Origin: Candidatus Eiseniibacteriota bacterium
GTDB taxonomy: Bacteria > Eisenbacteria > RBG-16-71-46 > JABDJR01
Assembly: GCA_963783375.1 (NCBI GenBank)
Contig: CAWANH010000028.1
Location: 1,696,001-1,760,000 of the forward strand
DNA: 64,000 nucleotides
Reading direction: 5' to 3'
Under the pieces are notes generated by a model. It worked only from the letters and a program-made list of their open reading frames with translations, searched no databases and was not told where the DNA came from. Every line of letters starts with the position of its first letter. The first letter of the stretch is position 1. Below are positions 18,509-27,818 of this stretch, one piece after another. The position numbers were made by a program, and so were the translations under genes.

Positions 18509-21157
18509 TCACCCTCCGCTCCTGCCCGGCAGGAAGAAGATGCTGTTCAGGAACAACCGGTTCAGCCCGTACCAGAACAGCCGGAAGTTGGGATCCTCGA
18601 CGTAGAGGACCACGTGGCCCCGCCCGCGGGGCTGGTCCACCAGGAACGGGCGGTTCACCAGCCGGTCTACCGCTTCCGGCGATGCGTACCCCGAGACCTT
18701 CGGCGACTCGGTGAACCAGGCCACATTGGTGCCGGGAGGCCCCAGCTCCAGCGCGCGGTTGGAAATCTTGAGCACGCGGGCCTCGGTGGTGTATCCGAAG
18801 CCCAGGGGCTGCCGGGGATCGACCCGCACCCGGAAGATCGTTCCAGGGAGCTCCTCCAGACGTTCCCGCCGCTCGCGCTCGGCCAGGGTTTCCAGCTTCC
18901 GCTCCCGGTCCCTGGCCTCGCGGTCCTCCTCGGAGAGTCCCTCGTCGCTCTCCAGGGGCGGCGCCTCCTTGATCTGGACCAGGGCGGCGTGATCGGCGTC
19001 GGCGAAGAACGCCCCGCCGCCGAGCCCCACGAACACCCCGCCCCGTTCCACCCACCGCCCGATGGTCGCCACCTGGGCGGAATCCAGCGCGGCGGCGTAT
19101 TCGCTTCCTCCCGCCTCGTCGTCCGGAAACACCAGCACGGTGTAGCGGGCCAGGCCGGATTCGGTGATCTGGGAGAGGGGTATGAGAGAGTGGGGAATGT
19201 CGTAGGCGCGGTCCAGCAGGAACCAGCACGCCCCCACCGAGGTGGGGGAGGCGGGAGCGTCGGCGATCACCGCCACCCGCGGCGTGTCCATGCGCTCCAC
19301 CCGAAAGCTTCCCAGATCGGGTCCCTCGTCGGTGAGCCCGGTTCCCACTCCGATCGCTTCCACGCCGTCCCGGGTTGCCGCCTCGTTCACCAGGTCCCCG
19401 AGGTCGGCGGGGTTCCCGTCCCGGAAGATGACAAGCGTTCCCGGATCGAACTTCCGCCCCGCCGCGGTGAACCCCCGGGTGGCGTAGTGGATGCGGACCC
19501 CCCGCTGGAGGAGTCGCGACGCGGCCCGGGCCGCCCCGTTCCGCCGCCAGGAGATGAGATAGGCGTAGCCGGCATCGGGATTCACCACCGCGCCCGCGGG
19601 TCGGGGGGCGGATTCCAGGAGCTCCAGGTTTCCGTCCACCGGCGCGTCGATCCAGTAGGCCTCGATGCCGAACGCCAGGGGGAGCGACCAGGCGCTCACG
19701 TCGTAGAAGAACGTGTCGGGGAGCGCGGTCTCCGGCTCCAGCACCGCGCGCAGGAAGCGGTTGAGGGGCTGGGAGAGCGGGACCACGTAGGTTCCCCGGG
19801 GGAGAGGGGTCGAGACCGGCGTCCCGTCGTAGGCGTGTACGCCGCGAGGGCTGATTTCTCCCGGCGTCCGGTAGACCTCGGCTCCGTGGGCCATGAGGAG
19901 ACCCACCAGCTCGGCGGTCCGGGGTGGATCCTCGCCGGGGGGGAAGAGGTACGCTCCGGGGGAATGGTCCCCGTCCGCCTCGAAGAAGCGGTGGAAGTCG
20001 AGGAGCCGCGCCTCGCGATTGGCCGCCGCCGTACGCACCGTGGCCAGGGCCGCGGCGTAATGGTGTTCCGCGCGGACGCCCAGGGTGAGGGTGTCGCCTC
20101 CGGCCCGGACCAGCGCGGTTCCCGCGAACCCGTGTCCCGCCTGCTCGTAGGTCATCCCGACCGCGCCGTGGAAGGTGGGCCAGGAATCCCCGTAGCCCGG
20201 ATAGTAGAGATCGAAGGCCTCGCCGGTGTAGTACGCCCAGCCGCGGGCATCGAACGCGGCCGCATTCCCCCGGCCGAAGATGTCCGCCCACTTGAGGACC
20301 TGCTCCGGGAACTCGGGATGGATGGGCCGCTCGGGGGGGAAGAAGAAGTAGGTGCTTCCCGCGTACATCTCGTGGAAGTCCACGTGGACCTGGGGCCGCC
20401 AGGCCAGGTACGTCGCCGCGCGGGCCCGGGTTTCCCGCTGGGTGAGCCAGGCCCAGTCCCGGTTCAGGTCGAAGAGGTAGTGGTTGTATCGTCCGCCGGG
20501 CCAGGGCTGATGGTGCTCGCGGCCGGCGGGGAAGGGATCGGGGCTCTTTCCGGTCACCCCCTCGATCCAGTTCACGAAGCGGTCGCGCCCGTCGGGGTTC
20601 AGGCAGGGGTCCACCAGGACCACGGTCTCGTCCAGGAGCTTCCGGATTTGGGGGTCGCGGTCCGCGGCCAGCCGGTAGACCAGGGCCATCGCCGCCTCGC
20701 TTCCCGAGGCCTCGTCGCCGTGGATGTTGAAGGAGAGCCAGACCGCCACCGGGAGGTCCCGCGACAGCCCCCGCGCCTCGGCTGAAGAGGTCTCCCGTGG
20801 ATCGGCCAGCCGGGCGTATGACCTCTGGAGCTCTGCGGCGCGGGATAGGTTACCCGGATCGGAGACGGTGACGAGGAGGAGCGGGCGCTCCTCGTAGGTC
20901 TTCCCGTACTCCTGGATCTCCACGCGGTCCGAGGCTGCGGCCACCGCCCTGAGGTAATCCACCAGCCGGTGATGCGGGGTGAACTGCGTCCCCAGCGCGT
21001 AGCCGAGGTAGGACCGGGGGGAGGGGACGGCGGGGTCGAGATCGCCTTCACCGTAGAAGGGGGTCGCCGCCCGCGCCTCCACAGCGGCCAGGGCCGGGCC
21101 GAGGAGCAGGAGCGCGACTAGAGCCGGGAGCCCTCGGGAAAGGGCGAATCGAATCAT
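18509..21157 (-). CDS. Secreted M14 zinc carboxypeptidase with C-terminal GATase-like domain
   Basis: Signal peptide; IHGDE (HxxE), NPDGRD, GRYNHYLFDLNRDW, DFHEM, MTYEQAG. Confidence 0.9.
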   Translation of the reverse strand: MIRFALSRGLPALVALLLLGPALAAVEARAATPFYGEGDLDPAVPSPRSYLGYALGTQFTPHHRLVDYLRAVAAASDRVEIQEYGKTYEERPLLLVTVSDPGNLSRAAELQRSYARLADPRETSSAEARGLSRDLPVAVWLSFNIHGDEASGSEAAMALVYRLAADRDPQIRKLLDETVVLVDPCLNPDGRDRFVNWIEGVTGKSPDPFPAGREHHQPWPGGRYNHYLFDLNRDWAWLTQRETRARAATYLAWRPQVHVDFHEMYAGSTYFFFPPERPIHPEFPEQVLKWADIFGRGNAAAFDARGWAYYTGEAFDLYYPGYGDSWPTFHGAVGMTYEQAGHGFAGTALVRAGGDTLTLGVRAEHHYAAALATVRTAAANREARLLDFHRFFEADGDHSPGAYLFPPGEDPPRTAELVGLLMAHGAEVYRTPGEISPRGVHAYDGTPVSTPLPRGTYVVPLSQPLNRFLRAVLEPETALPDTFFYDVSAWSLPLAFGIEAYWIDAPVDGNLELLESAPRPAGAVVNPDAGYAYLISWRRNGAARAASRLLQRGVRIHYATRGFTAAGRKFDPGTLVIFRDGNPADLGDLVNEAATRDGVEAIGVGTGLTDEGPDLGSFRVERMDTPRVAVIADAPASPTSVGACWFLLDRAYDIPHSLIPLSQITESGLARYTVLVFPDDEAGGSEYAAALDSAQVATIGRWVERGGVFVGLGGGAFFADADHAALVQIKEAPPLESDEGLSEEDREARDRERKLETLAERERRERLEELPGTIFRVRVDPRQPLGFGYTTEARVLKISNRALELGPPGTNVAWFTESPKVSGYASPEAVDRLVNRPFLVDQPRGRGHVVLYVEDPNFRLFWYGLNRLFLNSIFFLPGRSGG

Positions 21158-21440
21158 GGATCCTGGGTTCCTTTCCGGTCGTCCCGCCGGGATGGGTCAC
21201 ACGGGCGGCAACCGGCCAGAAGATAGCAGGTTAGATGGGCTTTGGGGCAGGGGGATCCGGGCCTGGATTATCGTTGGGACAAATCCCCACCCTATGGCAT
21301 AATGTCCGTGTTTCGCCCTGGTACGACCGAGTTTGCCGTTCCCGACGGACATATCGGGGCCGGCTTGACCTCGATTCCGGGGCAGCCCAAACGGGTTTGC
21401 GGAAGGCCCTCAACCGCACGGTTCGAAACGCATAATTAAT

Positions 21441-21540
21441 TTATGCACAGGCTGTTAGTCTTTGTGGAGAAGAATCTCCTGAAAGCAGGTGATTTACGTT
21501 GACTCCCTCTCTCCGCTTGAGTATTTTCAGCTGTGGAGAC
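21441..21540. promoter_or_regulatory. Cluster of DnaA-box-like 9-mers around the dcw promoter
   Basis: TTATGCACA (21441-21449, fits TTWTNCACA); TGTGGAGAA (21463-21471, 1 mismatch to TGTGGATAA); TGTGGAGAC (21532-21540, 2 mismatches). Confidence 0.5.
21499..21527 (+). promoter_or_regulatory. Sigma70-type promoter of the dcw cluster
   Basis: TTGACT-17 bp-TATTTT in an AT-rich intergenic region about 95 bp upstream of mraZ. Confidence 0.7.
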
Positions 21541-21621
21541 CGTTCCCAAATCTGACCAACCGAAGGCGCGGCGGACGGGCTGCGGCGCTGCCTCGGGGTC
21601 GGGGGACGGTCGGGGGCGAGA

Positions 21622-22200
21622 GTGGTGGATCTGTTCATTGGGAAATCGGAGTGTGCCGTCGATGAGAAACGACGGTTCAGCCTGCCTCCCAAGTACCGTC
21701 CGCTCTTCGGGGCGGATGCCTCGCCCTCCGGCTATACCCACCAGGTCGTGGTGCTCCCGTGGTACGGGGGGGCGCTGGCGGTCCTGCCGGTCAAGCGCTG
21801 GCAGGAGATCGAGACCCGTCTCCTGCTCATGGAATACACGACCCCCGACTTTCTCGAAGCCAAGCGGCAATGTCTTTCGCGCATGGAGTACGCGCGCACC
21901 GACCCCGAGGGCAGGTTGCTGCTCTCCGCCGACCATCACCTCTGGCTGCGCTTGAATCCCAAGGGCAAGGACAAGCTGACGGCGGTGGGAGTGGGTCAAC
22001 ACCTGGAACTCTGGAACGCGGCGGAATGGGCGGAGGTGGAGCGCACCGGCAAGAACCCGGCCTCCCGGCCCGCCGCCGACGTGGAATACGACAAGCAGCT
22101 CGAGGTTCTCATGCGGGCGGCCCTGGAAAAGCAGGAACGGGTCGGGGCCGCCGCCGCCCGCTCGGTCGAATCGACCGGCGAGCTTCCGGACACGGATTAA
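21622..22200 (+). CDS. mraZ: Division/cell wall cluster transcriptional repressor MraZ
   Basis: LFIGKSECAVDEKRRFSLP, second DPEGR repeat, VGVGQHLELW; first gene of the dcw cluster. Confidence 0.85.
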   Translation: MVDLFIGKSECAVDEKRRFSLPPKYRPLFGADASPSGYTHQVVVLPWYGGALAVLPVKRWQEIETRLLLMEYTTPDFLEAKRQCLSRMEYARTDPEGRLLLSADHHLWLRLNPKGKDKLTAVGVGQHLELWNAAEWAEVERTGKNPASRPAADVEYDKQLEVLMRAALEKQERVGAAAARSVESTGELPDTD

Positions 22201-22202
22201 GA

Positions 22203-22328
22203 GGCGTCCCGCCGCTCGGCCGGCCCCGAAGGAGGGCTCGGGGCAGGCCGGAGGCGGGACGCCGTGGACAGGGCGTCCGGCGCCCCGCGGCACCCGACCG
22301 CGCTGGGAGGCTGTGGGGTGGCCGGACG
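22203..22328 (+). other. Two long tandem stem-loops in the mraZ-STAS spacer
   Basis: GGCGTCCCGCC/GGCGGGACGCC enclosing further 5- and 7-bp stems with loop AGGAGGGC; second hairpin CGTCCGGC...GCCGGACG (22274-22328). Confidence 0.5.
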
Positions 22329-22545
22329 AGTATCGCGCCGAGCCGCGCGGGATCCAGATCGCGCGACACGGGCGGGACCGGGCAGTTGGACGGGTCCGGG
22401 CCCGCGGACGGCGAGGGGACCTCTGGGCGGGTCCGGGAGCCGTCTACGGAGGCCGGACCCCATGGTGTTCGGACCTCGGCCGCCGGTTTCGGCGCCGGTT
22501 GGAACGACAATGCGGCCCCGCGCCGCGTGACAATGAGGAGGGCGC

Positions 22546-22938
22546 ATGCTCCGGACCGACCGGTCCAACGAAGGACGTATCTGTCTCTTGGGACTGGAGG
22601 GCAGTCTCACGAGTTCCGATCTCGTCAACCTCGCGGGGCGGCTTCGCGGGCTGGCGGCCCGGGGCATGTTGCGGGTGGTGGTGGATCTGCGCGAAGTGGA
22701 TCACTGGGATTTCCGCGGCCTCAAGTGCCTCGCCGAGGCGGTGGACCATCGTCGCCGGACGGGGTGCTCGACCGCGTTCATCACTTCCGACCGCTACCTG
22801 CGCGACATCGCCGCCGCGGTGGGGGTGGCCGACGGGCTCGACTTCTACGACGAGCTTCGGGTGGAGAACGAGATCGAAACCCTGCCGCTGGTGCTCACCG
22901 AGCCGGTGGGCGGGATCGCGGAGCTCAAGCGGGCCTGA
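22546..22938 (+). CDS. STAS-domain (anti-sigma antagonist-like) protein
   Basis: RBS GAGGAGG; LEGSL, VVVDLREVDHWDFRGLKCL pattern. Confidence 0.75.
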   Translation: MLRTDRSNEGRICLLGLEGSLTSSDLVNLAGRLRGLAARGMLRVVVDLREVDHWDFRGLKCLAEAVDHRRRTGCSTAFITSDRYLRDIAAAVGVADGLDFYDELRVENEIETLPLVLTEPVGGIAELKRA

Positions 22939-22982
22939 TCGTCGGTCGTGGGACCGGCGGTGCGGGACCCGGAGGGGGTGAG

Positions 22983-23900
22983 GTGGCCGGAGCTTTCTAT
23001 CACGAGCCGGTGCTCGTGGAGGAGGTTCTCGCCGTCTGGGTCACCGATCCGCGGGGGAGGTATCTGGACGGGACGATCGGCGGCGGAGGGCACGCCGACC
23101 ATCTCCTGTCCCGCTATCCCCAGGCCGAGCTGATCGGCCTCGATCGGGACCCCGAGGCGCTGGAGGCGGCAAGACGGCGCCTCGCACCCCATGCCGGGCG
23201 CGTGGATCTTCACCGGGCGGATTTCGCGGACATGGAGGACGTTCTCGCTGAAGTGGGCGGACCCGCGCCGGCGGGCGTCCTTCTTGATCTGGGCGTCTCG
23301 AGCCGACAGCTCGACGACCCAGGACGCGGGTTCTCCTATCTCGCCGAGGGACCGCTCCGGCTGACGCTGGACCGGGAGGCGACGCGGGGGGCGGCCGAAC
23401 TACTGGCCGACATCGAGGAGGGCGAGTTGAAGCGGATCTTTCGCGAGCTGGGGGAGCTGCCGGGGGCCGGCCGAGCCGCGCACGCGGTGGTTGAGGCCAG
23501 GCGCCGGCATCCCCTCGACACGACGTCCCGGCTCGTGGACGCCCTTCGCTCCGGCGGGGTGGGAAGCCCCCGCCGACTTTCCCAGGCTTTCCAGGCATTG
23601 CGCCTGGCCGTGAACGACGAGCTGGGTTCCCTGCGCCGGGGCCTCGACGCTTCCGCCCGCGTGCTTCCGCCGGGGGGCGCCCTGGCGGTGATCTCCTTCG
23701 AGAGCCTCATGGACCGGATGGTGAAGCACACCTTCCGCCCGCCCCGCCTGGACCGGCCGCTCCCCGGGGTTCCCGATCCCGAGCCCCGGTGGGAGCTCCT
23801 CACCCGCAAGGCGGTGCGGCCCGGATCCGGGGAGCTCGCCGGAAATCCCCGTTCCCGCAGCGCGCGGCTCCGCGCGGCGAAAAGGACGGCCCATGCTTGA
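22983..23900 (+). CDS. rsmH: 16S rRNA m4C1402 methyltransferase RsmH (MraW)
   Basis: HEPVLVEEV, DGTIGGGGHA, DLGVSSRQLD, FQALRLAVNDEL, NPRSRSARLR; GTG start after GGAGG. Confidence 0.93.
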   Translation: MAGAFYHEPVLVEEVLAVWVTDPRGRYLDGTIGGGGHADHLLSRYPQAELIGLDRDPEALEAARRRLAPHAGRVDLHRADFADMEDVLAEVGGPAPAGVLLDLGVSSRQLDDPGRGFSYLAEGPLRLTLDREATRGAAELLADIEEGELKRIFRELGELPGAGRAAHAVVEARRRHPLDTTSRLVDALRSGGVGSPRRLSQAFQALRLAVNDELGSLRRGLDASARVLPPGGALAVISFESLMDRMVKHTFRPPRLDRPLPGVPDPEPRWELLTRKAVRPGSGELAGNPRSRSARLRAAKRTAHA

Positions 23901-24285
23901 TCTCAGATCTCTTCGCGCGCGGACCCGGCGCCCCCGGTTCGGATCCACGCTCCTGTTGTGGGTGGGCGGCTTCACCCTGGTGATCCTCTTCGTCTGGGAG
24001 CAGGCGTCGGTGGACCGGCTCCTGGTCCGGCTCGAGGCGGCCGGGCAAATCCATGACGACCTCCAGACCAAGGTCAGCTCGCTCAGCCTCGAGGCGAACC
24101 GGCTCTCCAGCCTGGTGCAGGTGGAGAGTCGCGCCCGCGAGGAACTGGGGCTCCGTCGCCCCGCGACCGACGAGATCGTCCAGCTCGACTTCGAGGCGCC
24201 CGATCTCAGGGATCAGCATTTCGCCCTCGGCACCATCGTGCCCGACGCCAACGCCGCGGTGAGGCCGGAGGACGATCTCCGATGA
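23893..24285 (+). CDS. ftsL: Cell division protein FtsL
   Basis: Single TM followed by heptad coiled coil and VESRAREELGL; lies between rsmH and ftsI. Confidence 0.8.
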   Translation: MLDLRSLRARTRRPRFGSTLLLWVGGFTLVILFVWEQASVDRLLVRLEAAGQIHDDLQTKVSSLSLEANRLSSLVQVESRAREELGLRRPATDEIVQLDFEAPDLRDQHFALGTIVPDANAAVRPEDDLR

Positions 24286-26327
24286 TCCGCCGCGCCTCCA
24301 CGACCCGGATCAACCTCGTGGCGGCGCTCGGAATCCTCCCCCTGGTGGTGGTGCTCTTCCGCGTGGGGTGGCTCCAGGGAGTGAGGGGCGCGGACCTCCG
24401 TGCCCGGGCCGATTCCCAGCACGAGTTCCGGGTGCGGATCCCTCCCCATCGGGGCGCGATCAACGATCGGAACGGCGATCCCCTGGCCTACACCATGACC
24501 AACTACTCCATCGTGGCCGATCCCTCCCGGGTCACCGATCCCGCCAAGACCGCGCGCACCCTGGCCTCGGCCCTCAAGACCTCCCCCGCCCGCATCGAGA
24601 AGCTGTTGCGCACCAAGCGCCGGGAGGTGTACCTGGAGCGCAGGGTCACCCCCATGCTCGACCGCAAGGTGGACATCGAGAGCCTGCCCGGGATCAGCGA
24701 GCGCATCGAGCTGAAGCGGGTCTACCCCCAGGGGGAGTTCACCGCCCACGTGGTCGGGTTCGTGGACGCGGAAGGCGAGGGGATGGCGGGGATCGAGGCC
24801 GAGTACGACGGCGCGCTCCGGGGCCAGCCGGGCTGGGCCACCGAGCTTCGGGACGGGCGTGGGAACTCCTACCAGGCGCTGGGCCGCCGTCACAAGCCGG
24901 CGAGACCCGGCCACGACGTCGCGCTCACCATCGACTCCGCCCTCCAGGACGTGGCCGCCTCCGAGCTTCGCCGCCAGGTGGAGAAGCTGGACGCCAAGGG
25001 CGGAGTGTTCGTGGCGGTGGACCCCAAGACCGGGGAAATCCTGGCCATGGTGTCCTGGCCGTCCTACGACCCCGAGCAGGTCCGGCGGGCCGACCGCAAC
25101 AACCTGAGGAACCGGGTCATCGTGGATCCCTACGAGCCGGGGTCCACCTTCAAGGTGGTGGCCGCCTGCACCGCGCTCAAGGACCACCTCCTGGAACCGG
25201 GAACCCCGATCGATTGCGAGGAGGGCCGGTACAACTTCGGCGGCTACGTCATCACCGATCACCATCCCTACGGCATCGAGACCTTCCGCCACGCCTTCGC
25301 GGTGAGCAGCAATATCGCGTTCGCCAAGGTCGGCAACCTCTGCGGCTCCCGCCTCTACGACATGGCCCGGGCCTTCGGCTTCGGGAGCGCCACCGGGATC
25401 AGCCTTCCCGGCGAATCCTCCGGCATCCTCCACGACCCGAGCCGGTGGTCCAAACGCTCCGCGGCCACCCAGGCCATCGGCTACGAGGTCATGGTCACCC
25501 CGCTGCAACTGGTGATGGCCTACGCCGCGGTGGCCAACGACGGCGTGCTCATGCGGCCCCAGATGATCAAGGCCATTACCGACGGGGACGGGCGCGTGGT
25601 CTACCACAGCCGCCCCGAACCGGTGCGGCGGATCCTGGATCCCGCCGACGCCAGGACCATGCGGGGCTTCATGCGGGAGGTGATGGTCGACGGCACCGGG
25701 AGCGGGGTGGACCTCGACTGGATCAAGGTGGGGGGAAAGACCGGCACCTCCGAGAAGCTCGTGGACGGACGCTACACCGGGTCCAAGCACTACGCCTCCT
25801 TCGTGGGGATGGCGCCCATCGACGATCCCCGGATCGTCTGCCTGGTCATGATCGATGAACCGCGGGGTTCCACCTTCGGCGCCTCGGCGGCCGCCCCGGT
25901 CTTCCGCGAGGTGCTCGACGCCTCGGGGCGCCTCCCCGGAGCCCTCCTGGCCCCCGACTACGCCACCGTGCGGGTGGGCCGGGAGGCGGGGCGCCGGAAC
26001 CTCCTTCTCCCCGACACGCTGGAGGCGTGGGACGACGGTCTCCAGGTGGCCCTCACCCCCTCGCCGGACGAGGGAACCCCGGACGTGCGTGGACTCTCGC
26101 TCCGCCGCGCCCTCCTGCTGCTCCGGGCCTACGGGGTCGACGCGAAGGTGTCGGGAAGCGGCCGGGTGCAGAGACAGGTTCCGCCTCCGGGGAGTTCCCT
26201 GGACGGCGTGGTTGAGCTTTCGTGCGGAGAATCCGGGGCGGGGGTCACCGTGGCCGCGCCGGATCAGGCGGTGAACCTGAGCGAGCGTGCGGATCGGCGG
26301 AGCCGGAGCCGGACGGGGCTTCGCTGA
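24282..26327 (+). CDS. ftsI: Division transpeptidase FtsI/PBP3 with PASTA domain
   Basis: RGAINDRNG, EPGSTFK (SxxK), SSN, GKTGT; C-terminal PDVRGLSLRRA. Confidence 0.92.
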   Translation: MIRRASTTRINLVAALGILPLVVVLFRVGWLQGVRGADLRARADSQHEFRVRIPPHRGAINDRNGDPLAYTMTNYSIVADPSRVTDPAKTARTLASALKTSPARIEKLLRTKRREVYLERRVTPMLDRKVDIESLPGISERIELKRVYPQGEFTAHVVGFVDAEGEGMAGIEAEYDGALRGQPGWATELRDGRGNSYQALGRRHKPARPGHDVALTIDSALQDVAASELRRQVEKLDAKGGVFVAVDPKTGEILAMVSWPSYDPEQVRRADRNNLRNRVIVDPYEPGSTFKVVAACTALKDHLLEPGTPIDCEEGRYNFGGYVITDHHPYGIETFRHAFAVSSNIAFAKVGNLCGSRLYDMARAFGFGSATGISLPGESSGILHDPSRWSKRSAATQAIGYEVMVTPLQLVMAYAAVANDGVLMRPQMIKAITDGDGRVVYHSRPEPVRRILDPADARTMRGFMREVMVDGTGSGVDLDWIKVGGKTGTSEKLVDGRYTGSKHYASFVGMAPIDDPRIVCLVMIDEPRGSTFGASAAAPVFREVLDASGRLPGALLAPDYATVRVGREAGRRNLLLPDTLEAWDDGLQVALTPSPDEGTPDVRGLSLRRALLLLRAYGVDAKVSGSGRVQRQVPPPGSSLDGVVELSCGESGAGVTVAAPDQAVNLSERADRRSRSRTGLR

Positions 26328-26330
26328 GGG

Positions 26331-27818
26331 ATGAAGCTCTCGAAGCTTCTCGAAGCGCTCCCGCGTCACCGGCTGATCGGCTCCGCGGACGTGGATATCG
26401 AATCGATCGAGCTGGACTCACGGCGGGTCGGCGGCGAAGGACTGTTTGTCTGTCTGGAAGGGCTGGCCAGGAACGGGCACGACTTCGCCGCCGCCGCCGT
26501 GAACCAGGGTGCCGCGGCCCTCGTGGTGCGGCACCCGCTGGAAGGGGTGGGGGATGCCGCCCAGGTGGTGGTGGACGATCCCCGTGAGGCCTTGGCGCGG
26601 CTGGCTGTCGCGTTTCACGGGCATCCCGCGCGCTCCCTGGAACTGGTGGGGGTGACGGGCACCAACGGCAAGACCACCGTCACCCACCTCGTGGAGGGGG
26701 TGGCGCGGGCGATGGGGGAGGAAGCGGAGGTCCTGGGCACCCTGGGGAGTCTGGCCGGGGGCGTGTATCGCTCCACGGGCTTCACCACCCCCGAGGCTCC
26801 GGAACTCCAGGCCCTCCTCGAGGCGGCGGTGGCGCGCGGAACGCGCTGGGTGGCCATGGAGGTATCGAGCCATGCCCTGGCCCAGAAGCGCGTGTTCGCC
26901 ACGGATTTCGCGGCCGCGGTGTTCACCAACCTGACCCGCGACCATCTCGACTATCACGGGGACATGGCCTCCTACCTGGAGGCGAAGTCGCGGCTCTTCA
27001 CCCGCGAGGGACGCGGGTCGGATCGGGAGGTGGTGGCGGTGGTGAATCTGGAGGATCCGGCCGGCCGGCGGCTCCGGGCTCTCGCCGACGGCCGGGTGGT
27101 GAGCTACGGCCTGAAGGGAGGGGTGGACTACCGGGCCCGGCGGGTTCGCAGCGGCCCCCGGGGGACCCGCTACGAGCTGGTGAGCCCGCGGGGAACCGCT
27201 CCGGTGTCGCTTCCTCTCCTCGGCCGGTTCAACGTGATGAACGCCCTCGCCGCCCAGGCCGCGACCATGGAGCTGGGAGCGCCGATCGAGGCGGCGGCGG
27301 CCGGCGTGGAACGGGTGCGCCGCGTGCGGGGCCGGATGGAACCGGTGCACGGGGCCCAACCGTTCCTGGTTCTCATCGACTACGCCCATACCCCCGACGC
27401 CCTGGAGCGGGCGCTGGGGGCCGTGCGCAGCCTGACCTCGGGGCGGGTCACCCTGGTGTTCGGGTGCGGGGGGGACCGGGACCGCGGAAAGCGTCCGGAA
27501 ATGGGGCGGGTGGCCTCGCGCGGGGCGGACCGGGTGGTGATCACCTCGGACAATCCGCGCTCCGAGGATCCGGAGGCCATCGTCGCCGGGATCATGGAAG
27601 GAGTGGAGAGCGGACCGGAAGTGGTGAAGGAACCGGACCGGGCCCGCGCCATCCGCCTGGCCCTTCGGGCGGCGGAGCCCGGAGACACGGTGCTGGTGGC
27701 GGGAAAGGGCCACGAGACCGTGCAGATCGTGGGTACCGAGAAGCGGCCCTTCGACGATCGTGAAACGGCCGAACGCATCCTGACCGAACTGGGTTTTCAT
27801 GTTGATGACGCACACTGA
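26331..27818 (+). CDS. murE: UDP-MurNAc-tripeptide synthetase MurE (meso-DAP type)
   Basis: GVTGTNGKTT, MEVSSHAL, DYAHTPDAL, SDNPRSE, AGKGHE. Confidence 0.95.
   Translation: MKLSKLLEALPRHRLIGSADVDIESIELDSRRVGGEGLFVCLEGLARNGHDFAAAAVNQGAAALVVRHPLEGVGDAAQVVVDDPREALARLAVAFHGHPARSLELVGVTGTNGKTTVTHLVEGVARAMGEEAEVLGTLGSLAGGVYRSTGFTTPEAPELQALLEAAVARGTRWVAMEVSSHALAQKRVFATDFAAAVFTNLTRDHLDYHGDMASYLEAKSRLFTREGRGSDREVVAVVNLEDPAGRRLRALADGRVVSYGLKGGVDYRARRVRSGPRGTRYELVSPRGTAPVSLPLLGRFNVMNALAAQAATMELGAPIEAAAAGVERVRRVRGRMEPVHGAQPFLVLIDYAHTPDALERALGAVRSLTSGRVTLVFGCGGDRDRGKRPEMGRVASRGADRVVITSDNPRSEDPEAIVAGIMEGVESGPEVVKEPDRARAIRLALRAAEPGDTVLVAGKGHETVQIVGTEKRPFDDRETAERILTELGFHVDDAH

Noticed and set aside
21425-21451. 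dif-like site (CGCATAA...TTATG)
   Set aside because: The spacer is 5 bp rather than 6, and the right arm TTATGCACAGG matches the XerD arm TTATGTTAAAT poorly; a DnaA box fits better.
21590-21630. MraZ operator repeats (TCGGGG x3)
   Set aside because: Spacing is irregular (6 and 11 bp) and G-rich words are expected at this GC content.
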